Positions 1-11,497 of a DNA stretch of 64,000 nt are shown in pieces. Source of the DNA: an uncultured delta proteobacterium (GTDB taxonomy: Bacteria > Desulfobacterota > Binatia > UBA9968); contig CAWJZV010000016.1 of assembly GCA_963847445.1 (NCBI GenBank), forward strand, positions 1 through 64,000, in the 5' to 3' direction. Within the stretch, counting starts at the first letter, position 1, and every line of letters starts with the position of its first letter. The position numbers were made by a program, and so were the translations under genes. The notes below the pieces were generated by a model. It did no database searches and was not told where the DNA came from. It saw only the letters and a list, made by a program, of their open reading frames with translations.

Positions 1-973
1 GCTCCAAGTCGCGTTAGAAGCCGAAGCGTTGGGCTTCGATTCGGTCTGGGTGCATGATCACTTGACCTGGTCCGACGAGATTCATCGCACGCATATTTCA
101 TCGGGTTCCGACGACTCGCATACCGGCAACCCAAGCCCCGATTTCTTTGAGGCCATGACCTCGCTGGCGTTCATCGCCGGACAGGTACACAAGGTTCGCC
201 TCGGCATTGCTTGCGTCGTCGTTCCCTGCCGCAATCCGCTCCTCGCCGCCAAACAAATCGCCACCCTCGATGTCCTGTGCGGCGGCCGCCTGACATCGGC
301 GTCCTGGCATCGGCTCACCGTCGACGATCAAGTCGCGCGAGTACGAAGTGCTCGGCGTGGGGGACCGTGAACAGCGCGGCAAGATCGCCGATGACGTCAC
401 CCTGCGCGCGATGAAAACGATCTGGACCAATCATCCGGCGAAGGCTACGACGGCCAGTTCGTCAAATTGACAAACGCCGGCATCGTTCCGAAACCGTTAC
501 AGGAAACCCAATCCGCCACTGTGGGTGGCGGCTGGACTCGAAGCCGCGATGAGGAAGGACAGTGGCGCGGCAGGTGCGACGGCTCAGCTGCCGGCATGGC
601 TGCTGCCGGAAGACATCGGCAAACGCTTCGGCGAAGTAAAAGTAATGGCCGAAAGCCACGGCAGAGATCCAGAACAAATCCACCTCGGCATCGAAGTCTA
701 CGGCTGCATCGACCAAGACGGCGCCAAAGCCCGCCAGGACGGCTACGGCACCCTCGCCATCGGTCCAGAGCACGATTCGAAGAATGATGAGCGTCGAGAC
801 AACTGGCCGCGGTAAGTCTGATCGGTTCACCGGAGGAGATTCGCCAACAGGTCAAAGCCTACAGCGAAGCCGGCGTATCGCACTTTGAGATTAAGTTTAT
901 TTATCCGAGTCTCGAACGGCACTCGGAGATGCTGCAACTATTCGCGCGGGAAGTTTTGCCGGCATTTCGTTAA
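1..973 (+). CDS. LLM-class flavin-dependent oxidoreductase (5' partial, several frameshifts)
   Basis: AEALGFDSVWVHDH, VRLGIAC..P.RNPLLAAKQIATLDVL.GGRL; C-terminus LQLFAREVLPAFR* ends at TAA 971-973; pieces lie in different frames. Confidence 0.85.
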
Positions 974-1667
974 TGGAACGATGTGAATAACCAGCGCGGG
1001 TGCAGGTTCGGTTTCGGCCTGTCGAATAGTTCACGTCATCGTTCGATCGACGTCCCTATCTGACGGCCGCTAACTCTATTAACTCAAGCGACGGTCAGTG
1101 GTTGTAGCTTTCCGAAAACTGGAAAACTAATCGGCGCGCTGGTTCTTGAACTAGCGCTCGCCTTTCGAGACTTTCCTTTGGCCATCTCTCGGACGCTTTG
1201 TAGTACTCGGCCACAGCTGGCACATCGGGCGGCAGGAGCACCCACGGTTGCTTTGAAGCGGTGTAAATATGAATGTCGGGAGAGAGAAGGTCCGGTAAGT
1301 CGAGTGTGCCGACACGAATGAAGCGCAGGGCGTCACCGGCTCAGGCGTAGTTGCTCCAAAGCGCGATGTGACATCTGGGACACCTGGAGATCCTTTGACC
1401 TTTGCCGCTGTTCGATGGCGTGTTGATAACCGCAACCTCTCCTTGGAGCAGACTGCACATGATCGGCCTCGATCAGCTCGTTCAGGGCAAAGATGCGCCG
1501 GTTTCGCGCTGACACCAGCGGCAGTGACAGCAATGGACGAACAGTGGTTTCGTCGTCATGCGAAAGCGCACGAAGCTGCATGTGCAACCGCCATCGGCGA
1601 AACCGGACTCGGCGCTCATCGAGTGATGCTCCTTGCGAACTTAATTTGATTGGAGAAGTTTCGCCGC

Positions 1668-2345
1668 TTACTTCACCGCGAAGCAATAAAAACGTCCCGC
1701 CCCTCCGCGCGGAGAGGTATCGGCGCAGCTTTGATTTTCATGGGCGGAGTTCCACGACGCCGAGCTTCCCGCCGTATTGCCGCCCAGTCCGACCCCGTCC
1801 AGGTGACCTATTTGCGCCTGCATGTCGGGAGATTCCGACGTCCACCCATTGCAGGTCTTTCCGGTCATAACCGTCCCTTCGGCAGTCGAGCCAGTTAGAA
1901 CGTCGTGCTCGGTGGGCTTGGGTGAGTTTGGCCAGTTTCCCGGGACCATCTGGCCACGCTCGTCGACAAGGAGGATAGAATTCCCCCGGCGTGCATGAAG
2001 GTCGGCAAGATCGTTGCCGACCATTAGGCCGTTGGCGTTGAACCAGGGGCCGTTGCCGATCCGGTCGCGGGCATTGGTCGGATTATTGTTGTTGGCAGGG
2101 TCCCGCTCCGCGCTTAAGTAGGCTCGCCACGTTTTATCTCCCTGCCCCGCAGCAGCGGCCAAGGTTTGACAGATGCGGTCGGCGCCAACCAGGCCCCCAA
2201 GGTTTCCGGTCTTGCTCTTCGCGCTCGTGACAAAGAAGCCCATGCTCGGTGGCGGGGCGCTGGCCGCACCCACCTTGCTGTCGTTGCGCTCGACAGCGAC
2301 TATAATGAGCGCCCCAATCACGAGCAGAGATAGCCAAAGCTTCAT
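1668..2345 (-). CDS. Secreted lectin/endostatin-like domain protein
   Basis: Signal peptide MKLWLSLLVIGALIIVA; FFVTS...GNLGGLVGADRICQTLA...TWRAYLS...ARDRIGNGPW...FYCFA. Confidence 0.75.
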   Translation of the reverse strand: MKLWLSLLVIGALIIVAVERNDSKVGAASAPPPSMGFFVTSAKSKTGNLGGLVGADRICQTLAAAAGQGDKTWRAYLSAERDPANNNNPTNARDRIGNGPWFNANGLMVGNDLADLHARRGNSILLVDERGQMVPGNWPNSPKPTEHDVLTGSTAEGTVMTGKTCNGWTSESPDMQAQIGHLDGVGLGGNTAGSSASWNSAHENQSCADTSPRGGAGRFYCFAVK

Positions 2346-2570
2346 AACTATCCTCCTGATTATTTTATCGGTTTTATGCGTCACTTGCGGCGCGTCGAGC
2401 TAACGAATCGCTTTTTATCGCCAAACCGTAAAGGCAATCAAGGTGGAAAAATAGCTGTAGTAGCGATGGCGGTGGTACGAGATGAAGTGACTCATAAATA
2501 ATTGATCCAACTGTTCCGGACGGCGATTGACTGAGTCGACATGGCCGTGGAAGCGAAAACTTTTTCACCT

Positions 2571-4978
2571 CTACGGCACCGGCCGGACGCGGCACAGAAA
2601 GGACCGATGCGGCAATGAACCGCTGATCGGATCGGCGATATCTGAACCGATCAGAAGACTCGGATTGGCTGAACCCGCGCCGTAGGAATCGTAACCCGGC
2701 AGCTCCAACGCCTTGCACTCTTGCCACCAGCCGTGCTGGCAGCACACTACACCCGGTGCAATCGCATCGGTGACCCGCGCCTTGGCGCGAATCGAGTCGC
2801 GCGGGCTTTCGATGACCATCCAGCTTTTGTCAGTGATGCCAAAACGGCTGCGGTTCGGATGAATATCGGCGCTCGGATGGGGCGACACTTTGCGCAAACT
2901 CGTCAAGCCGCGCAACTGGCTGTGAATGTAAGTGGTAAACTTCGGCGTTGGTCAGCACCAGCGGATATTCCTTGGCAACGTCGGGACGGCTGACGGGGCT
3001 GACCATCGGTTCGATATATTCCGGCAGCGCCGCAAATCCATGCGCGGCGAAAGTGTGCGAGTAAACCGCGACTTTTTTATCCGGCGTATTGAAACCGCGC
3101 GGCGTGGCGGACTTGTCCGGCGTGGCAAATTTCTGATAGCGCGGCGTGGCCGAAATCGTGATACCGCCGGGCGAAGCCTTGAGTTGACTTAACGTGACAC
3201 CGGCGGGCGCCAATTCCTGTTCATACGCCGCGTCGATATCCCCCTGCCAAAAATCATCGGCGAACCCCAGTCGTTTCGCCAACTCAAAAACCATCCAGGT
3301 ATCGGACCGCCGTTCGGCCAGCGGCGCAACCACCGCCGAGCGATACTGCACGTGCCGCCTGCCCTGCTCGCGATGCTTGAAATCATTGGACACCGTGGCC
3401 ATCTCGAGAAAACTCGTCGCCGGCAAAACGTAATCGCACAGCTCCGCGGTGGGCGTCATGAATAACTCCGCGGCGACGGCGAAATCCACCGCGCAAAATG
3501 CTTCGCGCGCTCTTTGCGAGTTTCCCGTCGACATGATCGTGTTCGAACCAAAATTGAGCAGTGCTTTCACCGGATAGGGCCGGCCTTCGAGCACCGCGGT
3601 AAAAATATCGTAGGCCGCGCAGTTGCCGGGTTTGGCCGGCGGGCCGAGCGGTTTGCGTTCGCGGCCGATCCGTTGAAGCGCCGTTTCCTTGGCAAGAAAC
3701 TCTTTTCCCGACATCGCGTTGAGCGGCGCTTTGGGAAACACCACGTTGCCGCCTTGCCGATCGATGTCACCGAAGAGGGCATAGAACGTCGCGATCGCCC
3801 GGCTCGTTTGCGTCGCGTTGGTGTGCTGGCCGACGCCGTTGTGCATAAACATACTGACCGGCCGATTCACCGCCAGCACGCGCACCGCTTGTCTAACTTT
3901 GTCCGGCGACACCCAGGTGATCGATGAAGACTTCTCTGGTGTAAATTCGGCCGCCAGTGCGGCCAGGCGGGCAAACGCGGGCTCGCAGGTAATCGCGCTG
4001 CCGTCTTTGCCGACAACCGTGCGCGCGCCGGCAATTGACAGTCGGCCAGGCTTGCCTTCAAAATCGCCGGTCAACGAATCGTAGAGAATCGGCGCATTGG
4101 CGATTTCATCCCAAGCAACGAATCTATTTGTCGATCCGCTCGCGGTCAATTCGGCTTCAGTCAATGCCGCGCCAGTATCCAAACGAATCAAAAAAGTTCC
4201 GTTGGTCCATTGGCGCACGAAGCTGTCATCGAAAAGCTTTTCTGTGATCGCCACATCGATCATCGCCAACGCCAGCGCGCCGTCGGTGCCCGGCCGCACT
4301 TGCAGCAGCACGTCGGCCTGTGCCGCGATGCCGACGCGCCGCGGGTCCACCGCGACGATCTTCATGCCGCGTTTGCGCGCCGCGACGATGTCATGGGCGA
4401 GAGATCAAGGAGGTCGAGCTCGGATTGTGGCCCCAGAGTAAAAAGGCGCCGCTGTGCGCGACATCCGGCGTCGGGATTTCCACTCCGAACGTGTAGGTGA
4501 AGCCGGTATCCTTGTGCCAATTGCAGACGTGCGTCGTCGACGTCCAGTTGGGACTGCCGAAGCGATTGAGCAAGCGCGCCAGCCAGCGCTCGGCATCGGA
4601 AACCGAAGTGCCGCCGCCGGTGCCTTTGGCGAGGGCCACCGCGCGCGCGCCGTCTTGTTCGCGAATGGCAATCAATCGCTGCGCGATGTCATCGAGCGCT
4701 TCATCCCAGCTTACCCGTTGCCAGCCCGGATCGCTGTCGCCTTTCGGCCGGGTTCGTTTGAGCGGGTAATTGAGCCGGTCTGGATGGTAAACTAGTTCCG
4801 GCGCGGCTTTACCCTTGAGGCAGAACACCCCGCCGTTGGGATGATCGGCATCGGCTTCGAGCCGGATGACTTTGCCATCCGTCACAGTCGCAATCGTCGC
4901 GCAATGGGCCGTGCACAGGGCACAGAAACCGCGCACGGTGTGCGTGGACGCGTCAGGCGGGATGACAGTGTTTAGCAT
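2571..4978 (-). CDS. Molybdopterin-dependent oxidoreductase, DMSO reductase superfamily (frameshifts near 4395 and 2935)
   Basis: N-terminal CALCTAHC..C [4Fe-4S] motif, DRLNYPLKR, WQRVSWDEALD, VAVDPR/RPGTDGALALA, TPTAELCDYVLPA, C-terminal dinucleotide-binding domain; three ORF pieces join. Confidence 0.9.
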
Positions 4979-5009
4979 ATGAATCCCGTTGCGTTTCGGT
5001 GGATCCGGT

Positions 5010-5030
5010 CGAAAAATCTTTCGCCCCTAC
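5010..5030. repeat. Partial GTAG-type REP downstream of RAYT
   Basis: CGAAAAATCTTTCGCCCCTAC, matching the copies at 5337 and 5648. Confidence 0.8.
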
Positions 5031-5058
5031 AACCGCACAACTGCTCCGACGACCTACA

Positions 5059-5643
5059 TCACTCATGCAAAGCATCCTCGGCTTCCCTTGTGGCTGCCGC
5101 TGGGTTCTCGCGGTCGAATGCCCAGCTCGCCGGGTTATCTTGAATGTATTGCCGGATTCGAATGAGAGACTGCTCGCTGCGAATGACATGTTCATAGTAG
5201 TTGCGTTGCCACACGGCGTGCGTATCCGTCTTTTCCCGAAACCATTTAGTCACGCCAATTTTGAATCCGCGAATAATCGAACCGATTGATTTGGACGGCG
5301 TGCCTAGGGGTCGTTGCACGGGTCTATTGGTGTTGGGTAGGGGCGAAAGATTTTTCGCCCCTACGGGGCTGTCGTCTATGATTACGATTCCATGCGCATG
5401 ATTTGGCATCACCACAAACGCATCCAAGTCGACATGCGGGAAATGATGTGGGATTGCCAACCAACACTGCTCTAGCATCCTCCCGGCCTCATTCACCTGC
5501 ATCGCACCGTCAACGATCTCACCAAACAGACATGCGCGTCTCTGCGTGCAGACGGTGACAAAATACGCCCCGCTCTGCGAATAATCATAATCCTGCAACC
5601 GAACACTGCGGCGATGGCGTTTATTTTGATTCGTTTCCATCAT
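5059..5643 (-). mobile_element. REP-associated tyrosine transposase (RAYT/TnpA-REP, IS200-like HUH)
   Basis: RRSVRLQDYDYS..GAYFVTVCT, FVVMPNHAHGI (HUH), WQRNYYEHVIR, YIQDNP; flanked by REPs. Confidence 0.92.
5337..5364. repeat. Complete GTAG REP palindrome inside the RAYT ORF
   Basis: GTAGGGGCGAA-AGATTT-TTCGCCCCTAC; translated in frame as VGAKNLSPL. Confidence 0.85.
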
Positions 5644-5647
5644 TACT

Positions 5648-5671
5648 GTAGGGGCGAAAAATCTTTCGCCC
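5648..5671. repeat. GTAG REP upstream of RAYT
   Basis: GTAGGGGCGAAAAATCTTTCGCCC; a degenerate copy lies at 6691-6716. Confidence 0.8.
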
Positions 5672-5682
5672 ATCCGGTCAGT

Positions 5683-6684
5683 TCAAATTAAATACCCCTG
5701 CCCGCGCCAGAATTTTTCCGCCGCCGGGTGAAGCGGGATCACCAACGGCCCGTCGGCGGTGTCACGGCAACCGTTTTCAAGCGGCAGTGGCCCCGGTTCC
5801 TGCCAGCCGATGCGCTCCTTGCGCGCTTCCAAAGCGGCGCAGATCGACGCGATCACTTCGTCCGACACATCGGCATGGGTGTACACAGCGAAGCCGCTGA
5901 AATCCAACGTCGGCAGATCCTTGCCCAACTTGGGATAGCGCGCCACCGGCATGATACCGCGCCGCAAGCCGATGGCTTCCATCTTGGTTATCACCGTTTC
6001 ATCGAGCGGCAGGATGCGCATGCCGGCGTCGAGGGCCGCGGTGGCCCAGCCGCGCACCGCTTCGTCGACAATCATGTCGACCTCGCCGCGCTGCATGGCG
6101 CCGAAGCGGTTGCTCTTCATCGGCAGGCCGTCGTCATAGCGCACCTGCCCGCCCCAAGAAACGATATCGTCGAGGCTGAAACCCACCGCCTTCAGGACTT
6201 CATGGGTGATCGGATGGAGCGCGTGATCGCGTTGGCCGCGCACCGACACGCGCAATGGCATGCGGCGCTCGCGAATCTCGTGCAGCGACTTCACGCCGGT
6301 CTTTTCGGTCACGGCGAAAGCGAGCTGGTCCGGCGATGGAATAATCGTAATCGCGCGCAGTGGGATCGGCTTTTTGTACGGCCCGGTGCCGCGCACCGCC
6401 AGCGCCAGATACATCGCCGGATTGCTGATCGCCAGCTGCATCTCGCCGCGCGCCACCATATCGAGTGCTGCCGGCCCGTCGCTGGCGATCATGTTAATCG
6501 CCCACTCTTCAGCGCCCTGGGGCCGCAAGCTCACCCGCGCCTGGCGATTGCGCCAGTCCTCCTGCTCGATCATTTCAGATGCCACTTCGAGCACCAGACG
6601 CGAACGAATGGTATCGCGGGCAACCGAACGGGCGGCGTTGTTATCAGCAGCTTTTGTCGTCATGGGTTGTTCCAGTTTCGCCAT
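5683..6684 (-). CDS. TAXI-family/PBP2-fold solute-binding-like protein
   Basis: 333 aa; GVKSLHEI, C-terminal IPLHPAAEKFWR typical of TAXI receptors; no obvious signal peptide. Confidence 0.65.
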   Translation of the reverse strand: MAKLEQPMTTKAADNNAARSVARDTIRSRLVLEVASEMIEQEDWRNRQARVSLRPQGAEEWAINMIASDGPAALDMVARGEMQLAISNPAMYLALAVRGTGPYKKPIPLRAITIIPSPDQLAFAVTEKTGVKSLHEIRERRMPLRVSVRGQRDHALHPITHEVLKAVGFSLDDIVSWGGQVRYDDGLPMKSNRFGAMQRGEVDMIVDEAVRGWATAALDAGMRILPLDETVITKMEAIGLRRGIMPVARYPKLGKDLPTLDFSGFAVYTHADVSDEVIASICAALEARKERIGWQEPGPLPLENGCRDTADGPLVIPLHPAAEKFWRGQGYLI

Positions 6685-6780
6685 GAATCACTAGGGACGA
6701 AATTTTTCACCCCTAGATGCGAAATTTCTCCTGAGAATTTTTTGTGCCATTTGCGTTCTTTGCGGCCAATTCTTCGTCGA

Positions 6781-7876
6781 TCAATCGAAGGTCAAAATGG
6801 CTCGCCCTAATATTCGACCATGTTCCAGGTCGTCGACCGCTTGGTTGATCTGCTCCAGTTTGTAACGGTTGGTAATCAGCTCGTTCAATTTCAGTTTACC
6901 GTCGCGGAACCAGCGCAGGAAGATCGGGAAATCGCGCTCCGGTTTGCAATCGCCGCCGCTGGTGCGTTTGAACGAGCGATTGCCGATAAACAGGCTGGTG
7001 TCGATGAGCGCCTTCGCATCGGGCGGCGTGATGCCGACGAGCAGAGCGATACCGCCTTGATTAAGCCCGGAAAATCCTGGCCGGACCGAGCGCAGGATTT
7101 GCTCCTGAGTCAGCGGCAAGCCGATGGCGTCGATCGCATAGTCGGCGCCGCCGCCGGTGAGGTCCTTGATCGCTTGCACGGCGTCGACTTCCTTCGCGTT
7201 GACGCCATGGCTCGCGCCCATGCGCTGAGCGAAGGCTAATTTTTGTGAATCGATGTCGACGGCGATAATCGGATACGCATCGACCACCGCCGCCGCCGAG
7301 ATTGCGCAAAGGCCGATGCCGCCGGCGCCGAATACGGCGACCGATTGTCCGGGCCGCGTTTGCAGCGTGTTGACGATCGCGCCGGCGCCGGTCATGACGG
7401 CGCAACCGACGATCGAGGTGACATCGGTCGGCAAATCCTTCGGCATCGGCAGGACGACCCGCTCCTGGGCGATGGCATACTCGGCCCAGGTGGCCGCCGA
7501 ATGCATGACATTCCTGCCTTTCCAGACGGCGTTGTACTGCGTGCGGTCGTTGAGCGCGTGCGCCACCATCGGCTGGTTGGTGGTCGCACTATCGCGATCG
7601 ACCCAGGTGGTGATCACATGATCGCCTTCCTTGACATGGGTAACATCCCGCCCCTTGGCGACGACAACGCCAGTGGACTCATGGCCCAGCAAGGCCGGCA
7701 GACTTTGCCCCTTGCGCGCCGGCCGCTGCATCGTGTGCAGTTGCGAGTGGCAGACGCCGCTGGCAAAGAGCTTGACTAAAACCTGATCCGCTCCGGGATC
7801 GGCAAATTCAACCTCATCGACCACCAATGGTTTCTTTCGCCTCTACATAGATCGCCGCCCGTCCCTTTGTGCTCAT
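6781..7876 (-). CDS. Zn-dependent alcohol dehydrogenase (MDR family; frameshift near 7830)
   Basis: SGVCHS, LLGHES, GCAVMTG, VAVFGAGGIG; likely start MSTKGRAAIY at 7876 behind a GGAGGGAG RBS. Confidence 0.88.
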
Positions 7877-8259
7877 GCTCCCTCCGATCCGACAAACGAA
7901 ATCCCCGCATCGAGAAAAATTCGCGGCGGCCATTCTCGTTCCTTGAACGGATATCTATGGTGAATGACCGAGATTGTCTAGAGCTTTTGATGTTGCATGG
8001 CGAGCCGCGACCGAGAAAGGCCGGAAAGATTCACCACAGAGGGCTCAGAGATCACAGAGAAAAAAGATTGATTCGGACAATAGCCGCAGAGAAGCAAAAG
8101 GTCGCAAGAAAGATCCGAAATTGTCAGGGCAATCCCCTGTGGTTGCCGATCCGAATCAGTCATGGTCACCGGCGACGATCACCAGGAGAATTTGCCAATA
8201 CTACGAAGATTGCAACGTTAGTAGCCCACGCAAAATAAATCCCAAGAAGAATTCCGATC

Positions 8260-8282
8260 GTAGGGGCGTATGGCATACGCCC
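8260..8282. repeat. Second GTAG REP family (also at 13401-13423, 46453-46475, 59923-59945)
   Basis: GTAGGGGCGTATGGCATACGCCC palindrome, four intergenic copies. Confidence 0.8.
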
Positions 8283-8413
8283 GGTGGCGGCGGCGCGGCG
8301 GTCTCGATTATCGCACCGAGAAGCGCTGCTCGCGCTGCCGTGATTATGGCGGGATTGCTACGAAATCGACGCGGTACCGATTCGGCGCACCCAAGACTTT
8401 ATCTAACGCGCAC

Positions 8414-8650
8414 TCAAAGCAGCATCTTGAACGGCCGCAACCAAGAATTGCCCTTCTCGAGATCGCGCAGTTCATCGGCCTGGAGCTTGCTCATTACCAG
8501 TTTCATCTCCAACAGCTCCGTAGTGAGGATCTGCTTGTCCGCGGTTAACTTTTGGTTTTCGGCGCGGAGCTTATTCACGTCCGCGGTTAAACTGGCCAGC
8601 TGAGCTTTAAGGCGCTCGATCTCGGCCTCTGGACCCATCCTAACGATCAT
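8414..8650 (-). CDS. Small coiled-coil hypothetical protein (may extend upstream to ~8770 through a frameshift)
   Basis: Heptad-like EIERLKAQLASLTADVNKLRAENQKL. Confidence 0.5.
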   Translation of the reverse strand: MIVRMGPEAEIERLKAQLASLTADVNKLRAENQKLTADKQILTTELLEMKLVMSKLQADELRDLEKGNSWLRPFKMLL

Positions 8651-9061
8651 CCAACGCTATGACCGGCCTCGCGTGCTGCCCCGTGCCCCATCGACCTTGG
8701 GCGCCGACTGCTGCCGCAGCCGCTCCCGTACCTGCGTTTTTCGATCCATCATAACGTTGAATCCCCCCAGCGTCTTTATCAGCAAGGTGCCGGCCAATGG
8801 CAGTGCCAAATTTTGTCCATCGCGCCAAGGCACTTTGCGGTGGTTTTTCGGAACATTTAAGACTCTGCTGCGCGCCATCCATCGCCAATCGGCGCCGCAT
8901 AAGTGAGTCTGCCGGTAGGCTTTTAGAGGCGTACTAAAATTGTACGGTGACCGCCAGAGCCCCTTGGCCGCCTAAACGAGATCGCTGGCGCGATATTTGC
9001 CGTCGCCCGAGTACCGGAAAGTGCCTCGGCTTTTCCTTAAAATTGGGTTAAGAAGGTAGCT

Positions 9062-9931
9062 ATGATCCCCTATCGCGACGAGAATGAAACCCAGCGCCGC
9101 GCCCTGGCCACCGGCGCGATCTTGGTCTTGAACATCGCCAGTTGGCTGGTCGTGCAAGGCGCCGGTTCGGATCTACCTCTGGCCACGTCGGTCTGCAACC
9201 TCGGGCTCATTCCCGGCGAACTGACCGGCTTGCTCCCGCCGGGCCGAAGTTTTCCCTTGGCGCCTGGCCTCGCCTGCGTGACCGATCCCGGCCGTCAAGT
9301 ATCTCATCTAATCACGTCGATGTTTCTCCATGGCGGCTGGATGCACCTGATCGGCAACATGTGGTTCCTGTGGCTCTTCGGCAACAATGTCGAGGACTCC
9401 ATGGGACGGCTGCGCTTCATCGCATTTTACCTGCTCACCGGCCTGGCGGCGGCGCTGGGCCAGGTGATGGCCAACCCCGACTCGATCATCCCCATGGTCG
9501 GCGCCTCAGGAGCGATCAGCGGAGTCATGGGCGCCTACCTGGTGCTCTATCCGCGTGTGAAAGTCTACACGCTGGTGCCGATCTTTATTTTCTTCACATC
9601 GATCGCGCTGCCGGCCTGGGCCATGCTCGGCTATTGGTTCGTCATCCAGCTCGTCAGCAGTCTATTTTCTCCCGGCGACATGGGCGGCGTCGCCTTCTGG
9701 GCGCATATCGGCGGTTTCGTTGCTGGCGTCGTGCTGATCAAACTATTCGCCCGCACGGATTACATCGCAGCCCACCGCGCCCATCACTGGCGGCCGCAGC
9801 GGCTCATGCGGGACTATGATAACTCGCATCCGCTTTATAGTATCGTTCGACTGGCCTGGAGCACAGATGATTTGCCGAGCGGTAGACGGCGTATCAGCGG
9901 CGGCGTCATCTCTTATAAACTTTGTCGATGA
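9062..9931 (+). CDS. Rhomboid-family intramembrane serine protease (true stop may be near 9820)
   Basis: SMFLHGGWMHLIGNMWFL, VGASGAISG (catalytic Ser), AHIGGF (catalytic His). Confidence 0.93.
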   Translation: MIPYRDENETQRRALATGAILVLNIASWLVVQGAGSDLPLATSVCNLGLIPGELTGLLPPGRSFPLAPGLACVTDPGRQVSHLITSMFLHGGWMHLIGNMWFLWLFGNNVEDSMGRLRFIAFYLLTGLAAALGQVMANPDSIIPMVGASGAISGVMGAYLVLYPRVKVYTLVPIFIFFTSIALPAWAMLGYWFVIQLVSSLFSPGDMGGVAFWAHIGGFVAGVVLIKLFARTDYIAAHRAHHWRPQRLMRDYDNSHPLYSIVRLAWSTDDLPSGRRRISGGVISYKLCR

Positions 9932-10922
9932 ATCCGCTTTTGTCCAACTCCCGGACGATGCTCTCGTCGACCATGTCTTCGAAGCGCAGTGGCGCACCGG
10001 ACTTGCGCGCGGTCGCTATCGCCTCGCGAATCTGAATATCGACACCGGGCCGCGTCACCAAAGGCACGACATCGTAAAGTTTCGCGCTCGCGCTGTAGGC
10101 GGCCTCCAAGTAGTCCTCGTTGTTGGTCCTGGCGTACTTCGCCATGATTTTCTTGCTCTCGTCTTTACGGGTTTTGACAAAATGCACCGCTTCGATATGC
10201 GCCATGATAACTTTCTTAACGGTTTCTCGGTTCTTCTGCAAAAAAGCTTTCGTTGTCGCCGCGCAAATATACGGGAACTCGAAGCGCTGCTTGAAGTCCG
10301 CCGTGCTGATCAATATTCGATGCGGCATCCCTTTGGTCAGGTGAATGACTCCCGGCGGCGACGGGAATCCGGCGATGCGCCCGGCGCGAAAGGCCGCGGC
10401 ACGTTCCGACGAACCGCCGACTTGCATGATCGGCACCTGCTTGTCAGGTTCCAAGTTCAAACCGCGCAATAGCGCCCGCGCCGCCACATCCGATGCGCTG
10501 CCGAGACGGCTGATGCCGATACTTTTGCCTTTGAGTTCTTCCGCCGATTTGATCGATTCATGGACGATCAACTCGTAAGGTAGTGAGTTGAGATAGCACG
10601 CGACCAAGGCGATCTGCGCGCCGGCCAACACCGCGCTCGCCACCGCGCCGCCCGACACGTTGGCGACATGCATGTCCCCCGCCAGCAGACTCGTCAAACT
10701 GGTCGTCGTGCTGGGAATGAAAAGCAGTTCAGAGTCCAAGCCATGTTTTTTGTAATAGCCTAAATCCTGCGCGATAAACCACACCGCATTGCTGGTTTCC
10801 AAGGCACTATGCGACAGGCGAATCTTTTCCTGAGCCGAAGCCGCACCGAAATAAATGGCCAGGACAAAAAATAAACTGCCGAGAACAGAGCAACGCCGCG
10901 ACACTTTCATGCGACCTCCCAT
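9906..10922 (-). CDS. ABC-type solute-binding protein, NMT1/THI5/SsuA-like
   Basis: Signal peptide; GYYKKHGLD, IKSAEELKGKSIG, DESIVRELDKSGFIDKVY. Confidence 0.85.
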   Translation of the reverse strand: MGGRMKVSRRCSVLGSLFFVLAIYFGAASAQEKIRLSHSALETSNAVWFIAQDLGYYKKHGLDSELLFIPSTTTSLTSLLAGDMHVANVSGGAVASAVLAGAQIALVACYLNSLPYELIVHESIKSAEELKGKSIGISRLGSASDVAARALLRGLNLEPDKQVPIMQVGGSSERAAAFRAGRIAGFPSPPGVIHLTKGMPHRILISTADFKQRFEFPYICAATTKAFLQKNRETVKKVIMAHIEAVHFVKTRKDESKKIMAKYARTNNEDYLEAAYSASAKLYDVVPLVTRPGVDIQIREAIATARKSGAPLRFEDMVDESIVRELDKSGFIDKVYKR

Positions 10923-10992
10923 TGGACTGTGACGTTACGAGCCGTAACAAAGTTGACCTAAAGTTCCGCCTGCATCGCTGAGAAATAATCCG

Positions 10993-11304
10993 CTAACGCC
11001 ATGCCGCGTCAGCCGGAATCAAATTCTTGCCGAAGCGGCGCTCCGGCGGCGCGGCCAGCCAAGGCTGCGTCTTCTCGGCGTAATACTTGAAGTGCGGCGT
11101 CTCGCGGTGCGCCGCCAGCGCCGCCTCATCGCGATAAACTTCATAGAAATAGAATCGATTGGCATCGTCGCGGTCTTGAATCACGTCGAAGCGCAGGCAG
11201 CCGGCCTCATCCTTTTCCGAATGCTCGGCATCGTAGCGGACCACTTCCAAGAACTCGGCAACATGCTCCGGCTTCACTTGAATCGTCACATGCAAAATAA
11301 TCAT
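10993..11304 (-). CDS. ABM-family monooxygenase (LsrG-like)
   Basis: EAGCLRFDVIQD..RFYFYEVYRDEAALAAHRETPHF. Confidence 0.88.
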   Translation of the reverse strand: MIILHVTIQVKPEHVAEFLEVVRYDAEHSEKDEAGCLRFDVIQDRDDANRFYFYEVYRDEAALAAHRETPHFKYYAEKTQPWLAAPPERRFGKNLIPADAAWR

Positions 11305-11497
11305 CGGAACCTCCCGTTACAATGAAGTAAGGAGTTAGGAGTAAAGAGTAAGGAGGCCAAACTCCCGACTCCTCGCCTTCCGCTTGAGCCTTTGCTATCT
11401 CAGCCGCTCGATCTTGTCCAGTATCGCGGCGTTTGTTTAACCGACTGGACAACCACCCGCGACATGGAGTAAATGACAAGCGAAAGCGGGTTTCCCA

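Noticed and set aside
4391-4393. TGA ending the first piece of the molybdopterin oxidoreductase as a possible Sec (as in formate dehydrogenases)
   Set aside because: The protein continues in another frame (LAHDIVAARKRG). The TGA is out of frame after an indel, and the putative Mo-ligand region already has Cys (THVCNWH).
5728-6810. Long antisense ORFs (also 20746-21549, 50829-51650, 61216-62112)
   Set aside because: They are shadows of real genes on the opposite strand in GC-rich DNA and have no motifs.
8657-8659. In-frame TAG as pyrrolysine or read-through
   Set aside because: There is no family context or pyl genes. A frameshift or spurious upstream ORF is more likely.
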